DNA of 64,000 nt, taken from the NCBI GenBank assembly GCA_016188355.1, contig JACPHY010000011.1, forward strand, positions 23,219-87,218, given 5' to 3'. The first letter of the stretch is position 1. Each line of letters starts with the position of its first letter. The stretch is from Candidatus Uhrbacteria bacterium (GTDB taxonomy: Bacteria > Patescibacteriota > Patescibacteriia > JACPHY01). The position numbers and the translations under genes were made by a program. This document shows positions 28,962-38,758 of the stretch, piece after piece. Under the pieces are notes generated by a model that searched no databases, was not told the DNA's origin, and saw only the letters and a program-made list of their open reading frames with translations.

Positions 28962-31466
28962 ATGGCGAAACTCATCAAACGTACTGCCTCCCGTTCCGGA
29001 TCTCGTCAGGATCCGGAGGCTCCGCGCTCGATTGGTACGGTCGAGCCCATGTCTATTACCCGTGAGATGGAGACATCGTATCTCGATTATGCGATGTCGG
29101 TCATCGTGAGTCGCGCGCTGCCCGATGTGCGTGACGGATTGAAGCCGGTGCATCGGCGCATTCTCTACGCGATGTGGCAAATGGGCCTTCGGTCGAATGC
29201 GAAGTTCCGAAAGTCCGCGGCGATCGTCGGTGAGGTGCTCGGCAAATACCATCCCCATGGGGACACCGCGGTGTACGACGCCCTCGTGCGCATGGCACAA
29301 GATTTTGCCATGCGCGATCTCCTCATTTCTGGGCAAGGGAACTTCGGTTCCATGGATGGTGACGCCGCCGCCGCCATGCGGTACACGGAGGCAAAGCTCG
29401 CGTCCCTTGCGGAAGAGCTGCTGCGCGATATTGAGAAGGAGACCGTGCCGTTCATCCCCAACTACGATGCCACGCATGAGGAGCCGACGGTGCTCCCGGC
29501 GCTCGTACCTAATTTGCTCGTGAATGGCACCGTGGGTATCGCGGTGGGTATGGCGACCTCGATCCCGCCGCACAATCTCGGCGAAGTGTGTGATGCGCTC
29601 ATGCATGTGATTGAGCATCCGGACGCATCCGTGGAGGATCTTCTGCAGTTCGTGAAGGGGCCGGACTTTCCGACCGGCGGCACTATTTTCGATCAAACGG
29701 AGATTACCCAAGCATACGCGACGGGACGGGGATCGATTGTTACCCGAGCGAAGGCGGAGATCGTGGAAGAGGGGAAGGGGACGCAGATTGTGGTCACCGA
29801 GATTCCGTACGCGGTGAATAAGGCGACGCTCCTCGAGCATATTGCGCACCTCGTGCAAGAGAAGAAGATTGAGGGTATTCGCGACCTCCGGGACGAGTCA
29901 TCGAAGGGCGAGGTGCGGGTCGTCATCGATCTCAAAAAAGATGCGTATCCCAAGAAAGTGCTCAATCGCCTGTATCACTCGACCGAGCTCCAGACGACAT
30001 TTCACGTGAACATGCTGGCGATCGTCGATGGGATTCAGCCGCGCATTCTCACGCTGAAGGGTGTGCTCGAGGAGTTCTTGAAACACCGACGTGAGGTGAT
30101 TCGTCGTCGCACGCAGTACGATCTGACGCGCGCAAAGGAGCGGGCGCATATTCTTGAGGGATTGCAGATCGCCATTCTCCACATCGACGACATCATTGCG
30201 ACGATTAAGAAGTCGCAGGATCGCGATGAGGCGCGCGTGAACCTCATCCGGAAGTTTCGACTCACGGAGCCGCAGACGAACGCGATTCTCGACATGCGGC
30301 TCTCGCAGCTCGCGAACCTCGAACGCATCAAGGTGGAAATGGAGCTCAAGGACAAGCTCGCACTCATTAAGGAGCTCGAATCTATTTTGAAATCGGAATC
30401 GCGTATTTTGGGTGTTATCAAGGAGGAGACCAGAGAGCTCCGTGCAAAATTCGGATCCCCACGTCGTACGGAAGTGCGCGTGCAGGGGGTGAAGGAGTTC
30501 AAGCAGGAGGACCTCATTCCGAATGTGCCCGCAATCGTCATGGTGACGCGCGACGGGTATCTGAAGCGGGTGCCGCCAGATACGTTCAAAACGCAGGGAC
30601 GAGGTGGGAAGGGCGTCATTGGGCTCACGACGAAGGAGGAGGATGTGGTGGATTACCTCTTTGCGACCATGACGCATGCGGATGTCCTCTTCTTCACGAC
30701 GCGCGGCCGCTGTTTCCAGTTGAAGGCGTACGATATTCCAGAGGCGAGTCGCACCTCGAAGGGTCAGGCGCTCGTGAACTTCCTCAACCTGTCTCCCGCA
30801 GAGAAGATGTCGGCCATTCTCCCGCTGTCTGATCTTGGCAAAGAGGAGAAGTACCTCGTCATGGCGACGCGACAGGGGGTCGTGAAGAAGGTGGACCGGG
30901 CATCGTTCGAAAACGTGCGTCGTTCCGGGCTCATTGCGATCAAGCTGCGCGGCGATGATCTCCTCGAATACGTGAAGCCCTCCACGGGGCATGATGAAGT
31001 GCTCCTCGTGTCGCGTCAGGGACAAGCGATTCTCTTCAAGGAAAAAGATGTGCGCCCCATGGGCCGTGTTTCTGCTGGCGTGCGTGGCATGAAGCTCACC
31101 CGCGCGAACGATGCGGTGGTGGGGATGGATGTGGTAGGGAAGAGTGCTGCAGAAAATTCCGAGGTGCTCGTGATTATGGATCGCGGGTATGGGAAGCGCA
31201 CCTCACTCGGACAGTACCGAACCCAAGGACGCGGCGGATCCGGTATCAAGACGGCGGAGGTGACGGACAAGACGGGATCGGTGACTACCGCATTCGTCAT
31301 GAACCGCAAGGCGCCCCCGGAAGACCTCATCGTGGTCTCCGCGAAGGGTCAGGTTATTCGTCTTCCGTATAAGCAAATTTCCGTCCTCGGCCGCGCGACG
31401 CAGGGCGTCCGCGTGATGCGGTTCAAGGAAGAAGACGACGAAGTGGCGAGCGTAACGTACGTGTGA
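28962..31466 (+). CDS. gyrA: DNA gyrase subunit A
   Basis: SYLDYAMSVIVSRALPDVRDGLKPVHRR, AAMRYTE, GyrA-box QGRGGKG, C-terminal pinwheel repeats. Confidence 0.98.
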   Translation: MAKLIKRTASRSGSRQDPEAPRSIGTVEPMSITREMETSYLDYAMSVIVSRALPDVRDGLKPVHRRILYAMWQMGLRSNAKFRKSAAIVGEVLGKYHPHGDTAVYDALVRMAQDFAMRDLLISGQGNFGSMDGDAAAAMRYTEAKLASLAEELLRDIEKETVPFIPNYDATHEEPTVLPALVPNLLVNGTVGIAVGMATSIPPHNLGEVCDALMHVIEHPDASVEDLLQFVKGPDFPTGGTIFDQTEITQAYATGRGSIVTRAKAEIVEEGKGTQIVVTEIPYAVNKATLLEHIAHLVQEKKIEGIRDLRDESSKGEVRVVIDLKKDAYPKKVLNRLYHSTELQTTFHVNMLAIVDGIQPRILTLKGVLEEFLKHRREVIRRRTQYDLTRAKERAHILEGLQIAILHIDDIIATIKKSQDRDEARVNLIRKFRLTEPQTNAILDMRLSQLANLERIKVEMELKDKLALIKELESILKSESRILGVIKEETRELRAKFGSPRRTEVRVQGVKEFKQEDLIPNVPAIVMVTRDGYLKRVPPDTFKTQGRGGKGVIGLTTKEEDVVDYLFATMTHADVLFFTTRGRCFQLKAYDIPEASRTSKGQALVNFLNLSPAEKMSAILPLSDLGKEEKYLVMATRQGVVKKVDRASFENVRRSGLIAIKLRGDDLLEYVKPSTGHDEVLLVSRQGQAILFKEKDVRPMGRVSAGVRGMKLTRANDAVVGMDVVGKSAAENSEVLVIMDRGYGKRTSLGQYRTQGRGGSGIKTAEVTDKTGSVTTAFVMNRKAPPEDLIVVSAKGQVIRLPYKQISVLGRATQGVRVMRFKEEDDEVASVTYV

Positions 31467-31471
31467 TCCCC

Positions 31472-31503
31472 AAAGCGGAGCCCCAACCGGGGCTCCGCTT
31501 TGC
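31472..31503 (+). terminator. Terminator-like hairpin after gyrA
   Basis: AAAGCGGAGCCCC-AACC-GGGGCTCCGCTTT. Confidence 0.6.
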
Positions 31504-31519
31504 TGCCCCGCTTGGTGCG

Positions 31520-32700
31520 CATCTTTCTTCTGCTCGATATCCTGCCTTGCCTCTGCTCGCTGCCCCGTCCTGCCTCTGCTTGCCATTCTTTCTGTCCCGC
31601 GATCGCCACCCCGTCTTTCTCCTGTTCGCCATCCTGCCTTTATTCTGCTCGCCATCCCGTCTTTCTTCTGCTCACCATCCTGTCTTTCCTCTGTTCGCCA
31701 TCCTGAGCGAAGCGAAGGATCTCACCCCACAGCACACGCAAACAAAAGAGCATCACGATATTGGCGGGAGAGATCCTTCGGCTTCGCCTCAGGATGGCGA
31801 GATGATGATGTGCAATGCGATCGAGCTCGGCATCGTTCCCGTTTTTGCTCGCGATCTTGTCCTTCCCCTGCTCGCCATCCCGTCTTTCTTCTGCTCGCCG
31901 TCTTGCCATATCCCCCCTTCACCATCCTGTCTTTCCTCTGCTCACCATCCTGTCTTTCCCCTGCTCACCATCCTGTCTTTCCCCTGTTCGCCATCCTGAG
32001 CGAAGCGAAGGATCTCACATGATGGCCTCGCCATGGCATATGACGGATCGTGCGTACTACGTCTACATGCTCACCAATGCGGCGCGGACGGTGCTCTATA
32101 TTGGTATGACCAATGATCTCGTGCGTCGTATCCACGAACATCGCATGGGAACGGTCGACGGATTCACGAAAAAGTATCGTTGCGATCGTCTTGTGTATTA
32201 CGAGCAGTACACGACCGCATACGAGGCGCTCGCTCGGGAGAAGGCGCTGAAGGGGTGGACGAGAAAACGAAAATTGGACCTGGTACAAGAGACCAATGCG
32301 ACATTACGAGATCTTTGGGAGGAGATTATTCGGTGACCGTGATACTACCCTTCGCCATCCTGAGGCAAGGCCGAAGGATCTCACGGAATGATACGTGCAA
32401 ACGCCGGAACATCGTAGTTCCCATGGGTGAGATCCTTCGCTTCGCTCAGGATGGCGAAGGGGGTGATGTGGCGGGATGGCGGAAGGGAATGGTGTGGCAG
32501 GGTGACGAAGGGGGGTAGTATGGCAGGATGGCGGGGAGGGTGATGTGGCGGCATGGCGAAATGGGATGATGTGACGTGGAGCGGTGATCCCGTACTGCCG
32601 TCGACTCTCTGCATGTCCTCCATACTTTTGTTCGCCATCCTGTCTTTCTTCTGCTCGCCATCCTGAGCGAAGCGAAGGATCTCACATCACAGCCTCACCG
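31520..32700. repeat. REP-like repeat cluster plus pyrimidine-rich ~22-bp tandem units flanking the GIY-YIG gene
   Basis: CGCCATCCTGAGCGAAGCGAAGGATCTC-type units at 31696(+), 31770(-), 31989(+), 32353(+), 32429(-), 32656(+); repeated CCATCCTGTCTTTCCYCTG(C/T)TC. Confidence 0.88.
32040..32336 (+). CDS. Stand-alone GIY-YIG nuclease
   Basis: YYVYML...LYIGMTNDLVRRIHEH...FTKKY...LVYYE...AREKALKGW.R.RK. Confidence 0.92.
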   Translation: MTDRAYYVYMLTNAARTVLYIGMTNDLVRRIHEHRMGTVDGFTKKYRCDRLVYYEQYTTAYEALAREKALKGWTRKRKLDLVQETNATLRDLWEEIIR

Positions 32701-32814
32701 TGACATATGCCGGATCGTGCGTTGCTCCGTTCTGTTCTGTCGTGGCTTCGCGGACCCGCAATGACCAGACGGGAAAAGAAACCGCACCCAGCCGAGTCGG
32801 CGGGGTGCGTGTGG

Positions 32815-33240
32815 TTACACTTCCGGGAACAGCGTTTCGAGGTGGCGCGCTTCCCCATTGAAGTGTCTTGCGTACAGGTTTCGAATCACGGCGCGGACGA
32901 GGCCTTCGTGGCCGCGCATCGTTTCGGTGGTGAAGTCCGACGCCTGCACGAGGAGCGCGAAGTCCGCCTGTATGCTATCACGCACGAAATCAAATGCGGA
33001 TGGACTTCCACGGCCATGCAGTATCGACTCGTTGAGCCAATCTATTCTCTGGTTGATGCGTTCTAGGAGCAGTACGGCCAGCGGTTTCTTCGAGTTTGCT
33101 TCAGCCAAGGCAGACCTCCATTTGGGTTTGTGTTTGAATATCGCATGAAGATTAGCGTGAATAAGGCCAAAAGTCAAGTTTCGGCCCCACTGCGGGCGTG
33201 TGCCGGCCTTTGTAAGAAGTTCGTGTAGTGTGTGACGCAT
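32815..33240 (-). CDS. Hypothetical protein
   Basis: 141-aa ORF with GGAG upstream; somewhat lower GC. Confidence 0.5.
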   Translation of the reverse strand: MRHTLHELLTKAGTRPQWGRNLTFGLIHANLHAIFKHKPKWRSALAEANSKKPLAVLLLERINQRIDWLNESILHGRGSPSAFDFVRDSIQADFALLVQASDFTTETMRGHEGLVRAVIRNLYARHFNGEARHLETLFPEV

Positions 33241-33298
33241 ATACGAATGCTCCCACCCTCAATGGAGGATGGGAGCTGGGGGAAACGAATTCTGAGCA

Positions 33299-33595
33299 TC
33301 ACAGCAGGGGCGGCGTCGGTCCCTCTGCGTCCGGGTCGAGTTCGTATTCGACGCTGACGATGTCGTCGAGTGCGGCGAGCGCCGTGAGTTTTCCGGCAGG
33401 GACGCAGATGATGGCTTGGCGCGCCTCTCGGAGGAAGCGTCGGAGACTGCCGTCGGCGCTGCGGATGGCCTCGGTGAGCAATTGCTCCGTGGCACTCGAT
33501 CGAACGGTGACCAGGACGGAGATCGGCTCATCGGTGCCCTTGTGCGACATCGCACGAGCTGCGTGTGCACTGAGTTTGTTATGGGCGTTGGTCAT
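33299..33595 (-). CDS. Hypothetical protein
   Basis: AAGGAG RBS, ATGA overlap with upstream ORF. Confidence 0.6.
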   Translation of the reverse strand: MTNAHNKLSAHAARAMSHKGTDEPISVLVTVRSSATEQLLTEAIRSADGSLRRFLREARQAIICVPAGKLTALAALDDIVSVEYELDPDAEGPTPPLL

Positions 33596-33954
33596 GCGTT
33601 CTCCTTGGGGCCATCGTCCTCGAAGAGCGGCGCGCCTCCCCAGAGACGTTTCATGAAGAGCATGGTGTGGACGGGATTGATCGTCGGACGTTGGGGGTCT
33701 GCTGCCTCGGTGAGCAGCGCGCGGTCGATTTTTCGGAGGCGATCCACGATTCTGGTGAGGTCCGATTCGGGGAGTCGCCTCGCGTAGCACACGCAGAGAT
33801 CGAAGAGTTGTGCGCAGCACCACTCGATTTTACCGTGATCCGGATGATCCGGCGGAAGTGCGCGGTAGAGCTCCTGGTGTTGCTCGATTTTGGCCAGAAC
33901 GAGATTGACGGTTTCGTGTATCGCGTTTGCTGCATCATTCGTACGATCGTGCAT
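33592..33954 (-). CDS. Hypothetical protein
   Basis: AGAGGA RBS before MHDRTN. Confidence 0.6.
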   Translation of the reverse strand: MHDRTNDAANAIHETVNLVLAKIEQHQELYRALPPDHPDHGKIEWCCAQLFDLCVCYARRLPESDLTRIVDRLRKIDRALLTEAADPQRPTINPVHTMLFMKRLWGGAPLFEDDGPKENA

Positions 33955-34025
33955 GGCGTTCCTCTTTTTTGGTGCGTTTGTAGATATCGGCTCATGACCC
34001 GCTGAGCGCGTTGCGATGTGCAGCG

Positions 34026-34256
34026 CTAGCACCGGATATCGGTCACCGGCCGCGGGCCGTCTTCGGTGAGGAGTTCGAGTACGGGCGACGCGAGGTGTGG
34101 ATGGCGCTGCGCACGCTTCTGGAGCTCGCGGAATCGCTGGAGCACCGCATCATTCGACGCATGGGTGGGCAGGATGTGACCGAAGACTACGCCGGCTTGC
34201 TTGCGACTCGGCATGACGATGCGATACCGACCGATCTCGAGTTGAGGTGTGTTCAT
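34026..34256 (-). CDS. Small hypothetical protein
   Basis: AAGGAG RBS before MNTPQL, ATGA overlap with upstream ORF. Confidence 0.5.
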   Translation of the reverse strand: MNTPQLEIGRYRIVMPSRKQAGVVFGHILPTHASNDAVLQRFRELQKRAQRHPHLASPVLELLTEDGPRPVTDIRC

Positions 34257-34549
34257 GGCTGCTCCTTTGAGTGTGGGGATCGGGAAGATGTGCGTGGATG
34301 GATCAGGTACCAGTAGATCAGCGCGCCCGCAATCGCACCGAGCGTGAGTGGGATGAGCTCGATCGGGGGAAGTGTTGCTCCCGTGCAGCGGGTGAATCCG
34401 TACGTCATGAGCATTGCCGCGCTCACGAAAATCACGAGGAGTGCTTCTGGGCGAAAACGGCGTCGCCACTTCCATGCGCACCATCCGGAGATGGTGATCA
34501 GGAGCAATGTGCTGATCCAATAGGAAATGCAGAGGAGCGCGGTACGCAT
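34253..34549 (-). CDS. Small membrane protein
   Basis: 3 hydrophobic segments, GGAG RBS. Confidence 0.6.
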   Translation of the reverse strand: MRTALLCISYWISTLLLITISGWCAWKWRRRFRPEALLVIFVSAAMLMTYGFTRCTGATLPPIELIPLTLGAIAGALIYWYLIHPRTSSRSPHSKEQP

Positions 34550-34561
34550 GTCTTCTCCCGA

Positions 34562-34963
34562 TTATGATGATCCTTGGGTGCCACGTGCGACGAGTCGTCG
34601 TGCGTCTTCGAGGAGATCGTGGACGGTGCGCGGAATGCCGGTGGCACTGGTGCCGGTGATGAGGGATCCATCTTGCGCGGGAAATGCGCCAACGCTGCAT
34701 GCGAAATCCACGGCGAGCCGGAACCATACACTGTCGGCGTCGATGCCTTCTCGTGGTGGGACGACGTCGTGCCACGTTTCCGCACAAATGGTCGCCGCCT
34801 CATCCGGCGTGCAGTGATCGCGAATGAGGGTGGCCCCCTCCTGCTCGCGCCCCGGGGTGCGCACCAGTCGCGCGCCCTCGTCACAGTAATCGATGCCGGT
34901 TACGGTGCAAGCCGATAGTATGCCGCACGCGATGCAGGCGCTTATGATTGTTCCGATCGACAT
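34562..34963 (-). CDS. Putative lipoprotein
   Basis: AAGGAGG RBS; MSIGTIISACIACGILSA-C lipobox-like. Confidence 0.6.
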   Translation of the reverse strand: MSIGTIISACIACGILSACTVTGIDYCDEGARLVRTPGREQEGATLIRDHCTPDEAATICAETWHDVVPPREGIDADSVWFRLAVDFACSVGAFPAQDGSLITGTSATGIPRTVHDLLEDARRLVARGTQGSS

Positions 34964-35155
34964 CGCGTCCTCCTTTTTGGATTGGGAATGTGCGCGGAGA
35001 GCATACCAGGGGCGGTGCTGATGGTCAACAGAGCGTATGCGGAATTGTCGGATATCGCTATTCATGGCACGATAAAAACACCAGCGGTTGACCGTGTGAT
35101 GGGTTTTCTACTACCCTAGACCTGAGTAACCGCAATCGACTTCACTTTTTTGGAT

Positions 35156-35374
35156 ATGGGACTTCCTGGACATCGACGCACCTCCTCGCATAAGCGCCGC
35201 CGTGCCTCTCATTTTGCCTTAAAGAAGCAAAATCTCGCTGCATGCGCGCACTGCCAGAAGCCGGTATTGCCGCACCACGCCTGCTTGTCCTGTGGGTGGT
35301 ATGCCGGTCGACAGGTGGTTGCGGGCAAGCAGAAGCTTGTGGAAACGAAAGCGGCGAAGCATAAGAAGGCATAG
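35156..35374 (+). CDS. rpmF: 50S ribosomal protein L32
   Basis: Basic N-terminus, CAHC...PHHACLSCGWY. Confidence 0.93.
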   Translation: MGLPGHRRTSSHKRRRASHFALKKQNLAACAHCQKPVLPHHACLSCGWYAGRQVVAGKQKLVETKAAKHKKA

Positions 35375-35441
35375 CATGCTCCCTGGCCATCGTGTGTTTC
35401 CGTTTTTGAGTTCTTTAGCCCTTTAGTTCGCTCGTCCGCGT

Positions 35442-36011
35442 ATGGCCAACCGCCACCTCCTCCGCACTGTTGCCATGCAGTCCCTGTTTCAGTGGGATTT
35501 CAATGGTCGACCCGAGGGCGCGCTTCCGGCGATGGTGACGGAGAATGTGAAGGAATTTGCACCTGGTATCGATGACGTGGCCTTCGCATTTGAGGTGACG
35601 AAGGGCGTGGCGGAGCACCTGGAACCGATTGATGCGCTGATCCAGCAGTGGGCGCCTCATTGGCCGTTGGAGCAGATCACGAATGTGGACCGGAGCGTCA
35701 TTCGTCTCGGCATTTTCGAGCTCAAGTATGCCGGCGGCGGCGTTCCCCCGAAGGTGGCTATCAATGAGGCGATCGAGCTGGCGAAGACCTTCGGCGGAGA
35801 TGCGTCCGGCCGATTCGTGAATGGCGTACTGGGCGCGATTTATAAGGACATGCTCGATAAGGGCGAGGTGACGGAACCGCCGGCGGAAGAACAGGGGACG
35901 GAAGAGCGCGGGGAGTCTCCGGTGGAGGAGGTGTCGCGAGCAGTGGAGGGGGATAGTGCTGGTGCTGATGTGGTGCCTCCGGAGGAACCCGCGACGGATA
36001 CCACAGCGTAA
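35442..36011 (+). CDS. nusB: Transcription antitermination factor NusB
   Basis: [45 protein letters not shown]; acidic tail. Confidence 0.96.
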   Translation: MANRHLLRTVAMQSLFQWDFNGRPEGALPAMVTENVKEFAPGIDDVAFAFEVTKGVAEHLEPIDALIQQWAPHWPLEQITNVDRSVIRLGIFELKYAGGGVPPKVAINEAIELAKTFGGDASGRFVNGVLGAIYKDMLDKGEVTEPPAEEQGTEERGESPVEEVSRAVEGDSAGADVVPPEEPATDTTA

Positions 36012-36016
36012 TGTAA

Positions 36017-36178
36017 GAGACCTCTGCAAAAATCCAGATTCGCGCCAGGAACGCGCTGTTCGGCTGCGCTGCGTTCCTCGACCGCTCACGAGATCCGCTG
36101 GATATCGCTCGGGTCTGCGTCGCGCAGCTCGCTCGAACATCACGTCCCTGGCGCGAAAGCGATTTTTGCAGAGGTCTC
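36017..36178. mobile_element. MITE, 162 bp, with terminal inverted repeats and 4-bp target duplication
   Basis: GAGACCTCTGCAAAAATC ... GATTTTTGCAGAGGTCTC, flanked on both sides by GTAA. Confidence 0.8.
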
Positions 36179-36261
36179 GTAATTCTCACGTGCATGGCGG
36201 ATAGTGAATGCGGAATTCGTGGTGACGACATTCCGTATTCACTCTTCGTCATCCTTGGTGC

Positions 36262-36951
36262 ATGACCGATCTCAGTGGATTGGAGCAGCAGTTGGGTGCG
36301 ACGTTTGAAAATCGCGACTTACTCCTGCAGGCGCTCACGCATCGCTCATATCTCAATGAGCATCCGAATTTTCCCTTGGGGCACAATGAGCGTCTCGAGT
36401 TTCTCGGCGACGCGGTGATCGAGTTGGTCGTCACGGAATATCTCTACCGCAATTACGACAACCCCGAAGGGGAGCTGACGAATTGGCGCGCGAGTCTCGT
36501 GAATGCGAAGATGCTTTCGGAAGTTGCTCGGGAATTGGGCGTCGAGCCGTATCTCCTCCTCTCCCGAGGCGAGGCAAAGGAAACGGGAAAGGCACGGCAG
36601 TACATTCTTGCGAATGCATGCGAGTCGGTCGTCGGTGCACTCTACCTCGATCAGGGCATGCGCAAGGCGAAAGCTTTCTTGAGCCGCGTGCTCTTGCCGC
36701 GATTGCCGCACATTCTCGCGAATCACCTGTACATCGATGCAAAGTCACGGTTTCAGGAGATTGCGCAGGAACGATTGGGCATCACGCCGAACTACAAGGT
36801 GCTCGAGGAGGTTGGTCCGGATCATGCAAAGCGATTCACGGTCGGCATCTTCCTGGGCCGCGATCTCGTGGCGAGCGGCGGGGGATCATCCAAGCAGGAG
36901 GCGCAGATGGATGCCGCAGAAAATGCACTCAAGGCGAAGGGGTGGGTGTAG
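36262..36951 (+). CDS. rnc: Ribonuclease III
   Basis: ALTHRSY, NERLEFLGDAV, dsRBD with GPDH and SKQEAQ. Confidence 0.97.
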   Translation: MTDLSGLEQQLGATFENRDLLLQALTHRSYLNEHPNFPLGHNERLEFLGDAVIELVVTEYLYRNYDNPEGELTNWRASLVNAKMLSEVARELGVEPYLLLSRGEAKETGKARQYILANACESVVGALYLDQGMRKAKAFLSRVLLPRLPHILANHLYIDAKSRFQEIAQERLGITPNYKVLEEVGPDHAKRFTVGIFLGRDLVASGGGSSKQEAQMDAAENALKAKGWV

Positions 36952-36974
36952 GTTCGCGCGCTCCGGCGCGCCAT

Positions 36975-37046
36975 GCGCCCGTGGTGAAATGGATATCACG
37001 GCAGCCTTCGGAGCTGCTCTTGGGGGTTCGAATCCCTCCGGGCGCA
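36975..37046 (+). tRNA. tRNA-Arg (TCG)
   Basis: GCGCCCG acceptor stem, GCAGC-CTTCGGA-GCTGC, GGTTCGAATCC; CCA not encoded. Confidence 0.93.
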
Positions 37047-37067
37047 AATACAGCATAGGCAAACCTC

Positions 37068-37104
37068 CCCCACTCCGCTCCTGAGCGGAGCTTCGCGGGG
37101 CAAG
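37068..37104 (+). repeat. Hairpin module of the tRNA-adjacent repeat family
   Basis: CCCCACTCCGCTCCTGAGCGGAGCTTCGCGGGGCAAG matches the insert at 14461-14497 (reverse complement). Confidence 0.7.
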
Positions 37105-37385
37105 CCGGTTTTCCTATGGACCCTTTCCCTTCTGCCGGTCGAAACGACCATGCGGTCGCTTGCCTGCGGGCGCATTCGGGGTCGGCATGAAAGCTGGTGT
37201 CCGGCACCATCCCGAGTCCGCGAGGGACCTCACACCACACATGGGGCATGTGAGATCTCTCGTCGCCCAGCGCTCCTCGAGACGACACAAGGGTCGGCCT
37301 GTCTTCTTTCCCGAACGCGTCCTCGGCGGCACTCGGGTTGGATGGGTACAGTGAGAAGCGCAGAAATTTTCGTACTGAAACGGGC

Positions 37386-37817
37386 ATGAACGTGCCGCTA
37401 CTGATTGGTGGGGCTGTGCTGAGTTTTGGCGTTGCGTTGCTTCATGTCGTGATCATATTTTTTGGAGCACCGGCGTATCGGTATTTTGGAGCCGGGGAGC
37501 AGATGGTTTCCATGGCGGAGCGGGGTTCGGTGATTCCGGCGGTGCTCACGCTTGGTCTCGTCGGAGTGTTTGTGGCGTTTGGCGGTTACGCGCTCGCGGC
37601 GGCAGGGGTGGTGAAGGGACTTCGGCTGCCCTTCGTCCATTGGGTCGTCTTCGCCATTGCGGCAATATACTCGCTGCGCGGCCTCATGAGCGTGAGTGGA
37701 CTGTTTTTGTTGATCAGTGGATTCGATATCGTGTCGTCGTTGATATCCCTCGGAATTGGGGTGGTGCATTTTTTGGGTCTCTATTGGAATCGGGTGCGGA
37801 GGCTACTGATTTCCTGA
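37386..37817 (+). CDS. Integral membrane protein
   Basis: About 4 TM helices; G.PAYRYFGAGEQM and IY.LRG motifs. Confidence 0.75.
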   Translation: MNVPLLIGGAVLSFGVALLHVVIIFFGAPAYRYFGAGEQMVSMAERGSVIPAVLTLGLVGVFVAFGGYALAAAGVVKGLRLPFVHWVVFAIAAIYSLRGLMSVSGLFLLISGFDIVSSLISLGIGVVHFLGLYWNRVRRLLIS

Positions 37818-37835
37818 AGCAAGGAATTTTGCTCT

Positions 37836-38333
37836 ATGATTCCCGATCCACAAAAGCCCGGCGTGGGGGTTGCGGCGGTGATTTGGCAGGATGAGCGGCG
37901 GGAACGGCTGCTGCTCGGACTTGGGCATGATCCGGCGACCAGAGATTCGATTTACGCGATGCCGGGCGGTCATTGGGATCCGGGAGAATCGCTCATGGAG
38001 GCGGTGCAGCGGGAGGCACGGGAGGAGGCAGGCGTGGCGATTGATCGCGTGACCTTTTTGTGTGCGTTCGATTTTTTTCGAGCAGATAAGCAGCGGAGCT
38101 ACGTGAGTATTTGGTTTCAGTCCTATTGGGCAGGTGGGGAACCGCAAGTGATGGAGGCGGCGAATAAACGGAGTTGGGGATGGTGCACGCCAATGGAGGC
38201 ACTGGCGCTGCCGCTGTGGGAGCTGGATCGCGTCCTTATTGCTCGAGCTATGTCCGGAGTGGAGCGATTCGAGACGAATCCTGCGTTAGTGACGGTCGAT
38301 ATGCGACCGCGGACACCGACGGTAGGTGTGTGA
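37836..38333 (+). CDS. NUDIX hydrolase
   Basis: PGGHWDPGESLMEAVQREAREEAG Nudix box. Confidence 0.92.
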   Translation: MIPDPQKPGVGVAAVIWQDERRERLLLGLGHDPATRDSIYAMPGGHWDPGESLMEAVQREAREEAGVAIDRVTFLCAFDFFRADKQRSYVSIWFQSYWAGGEPQVMEAANKRSWGWCTPMEALALPLWELDRVLIARAMSGVERFETNPALVTVDMRPRTPTVGV

Positions 38334-38447
38334 GTGGTTGCGGGAATGCAAACTCGACATCGGGCGACCATTAGTATGTAGCAGAGGAGCTGGATCCCAC
38401 GACGATTGACGTGTGAATAAACGTCCTGCATGAATGGAAGAGTGCAC

Positions 38448-38523
38448 GGGTCGCTAGCTCAACTGGTAGAGCAAATCCCTCTTAAGGATAAGGTTCCGGG
38501 TTCGAGCCCCGGGCGACCCACCA
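38448..38523 (+). tRNA. tRNA-Lys (CTT)
   Basis: GGGTCGCTAGCTCAACTGGTAGAGC, ATCC-CTCTTAA-GGAT, GGTTCGAGCCC, CCA end. Confidence 0.95.
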
Positions 38524-38592
38524 GAATCACGGGACGAACCTCCCGGTTCGCCTGTGGGCCCACTCCCTCCTTTCGGTCGAATCAGCCATTCG

Positions 38593-38679
38593 GTCGCTTG
38601 CTCCCTCCGTATGTGGGGTCGGGCAAAGCCCTTCTTCCTCACATACTCCGGTCGCTGCGCTCGGATCAGGATGGAGTCC
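38593..38679 (+). repeat. tRNA-adjacent modular repeat (copy 2)
   Basis: GTCGCTTGCTCCCTCCGTATGTGGGGTCGGGCAAAGCC...CACATACTCCGGTCGCTGCGCTCGG shared with 14411-14534. Confidence 0.8.
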
Positions 38680-38706
38680 GCGGGGCGCACCAAAAAATGA
38701 ACTTTG

Positions 38707-38745
38707 CATACAAAACACCCGGGCATTGCCCGGGTGTTTTGTATG
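38707..38745. terminator. Bidirectional terminator
   Basis: CATACAAAACACCCGGGCA-T-TGCCCGGGTGTTTTGTATG between the convergent tRNA and hup. Confidence 0.7.
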
Positions 38746-38758
38746 GGTGCGCCACTCT

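Noticed and set aside
31520-32700. Repeat cluster as CRISPR, or its low-complexity ORFs (e.g. 31463-31999) as genes
   Set aside because: Units occur in both orientations at irregular spacing, and the ORFs simply translate the repeats.
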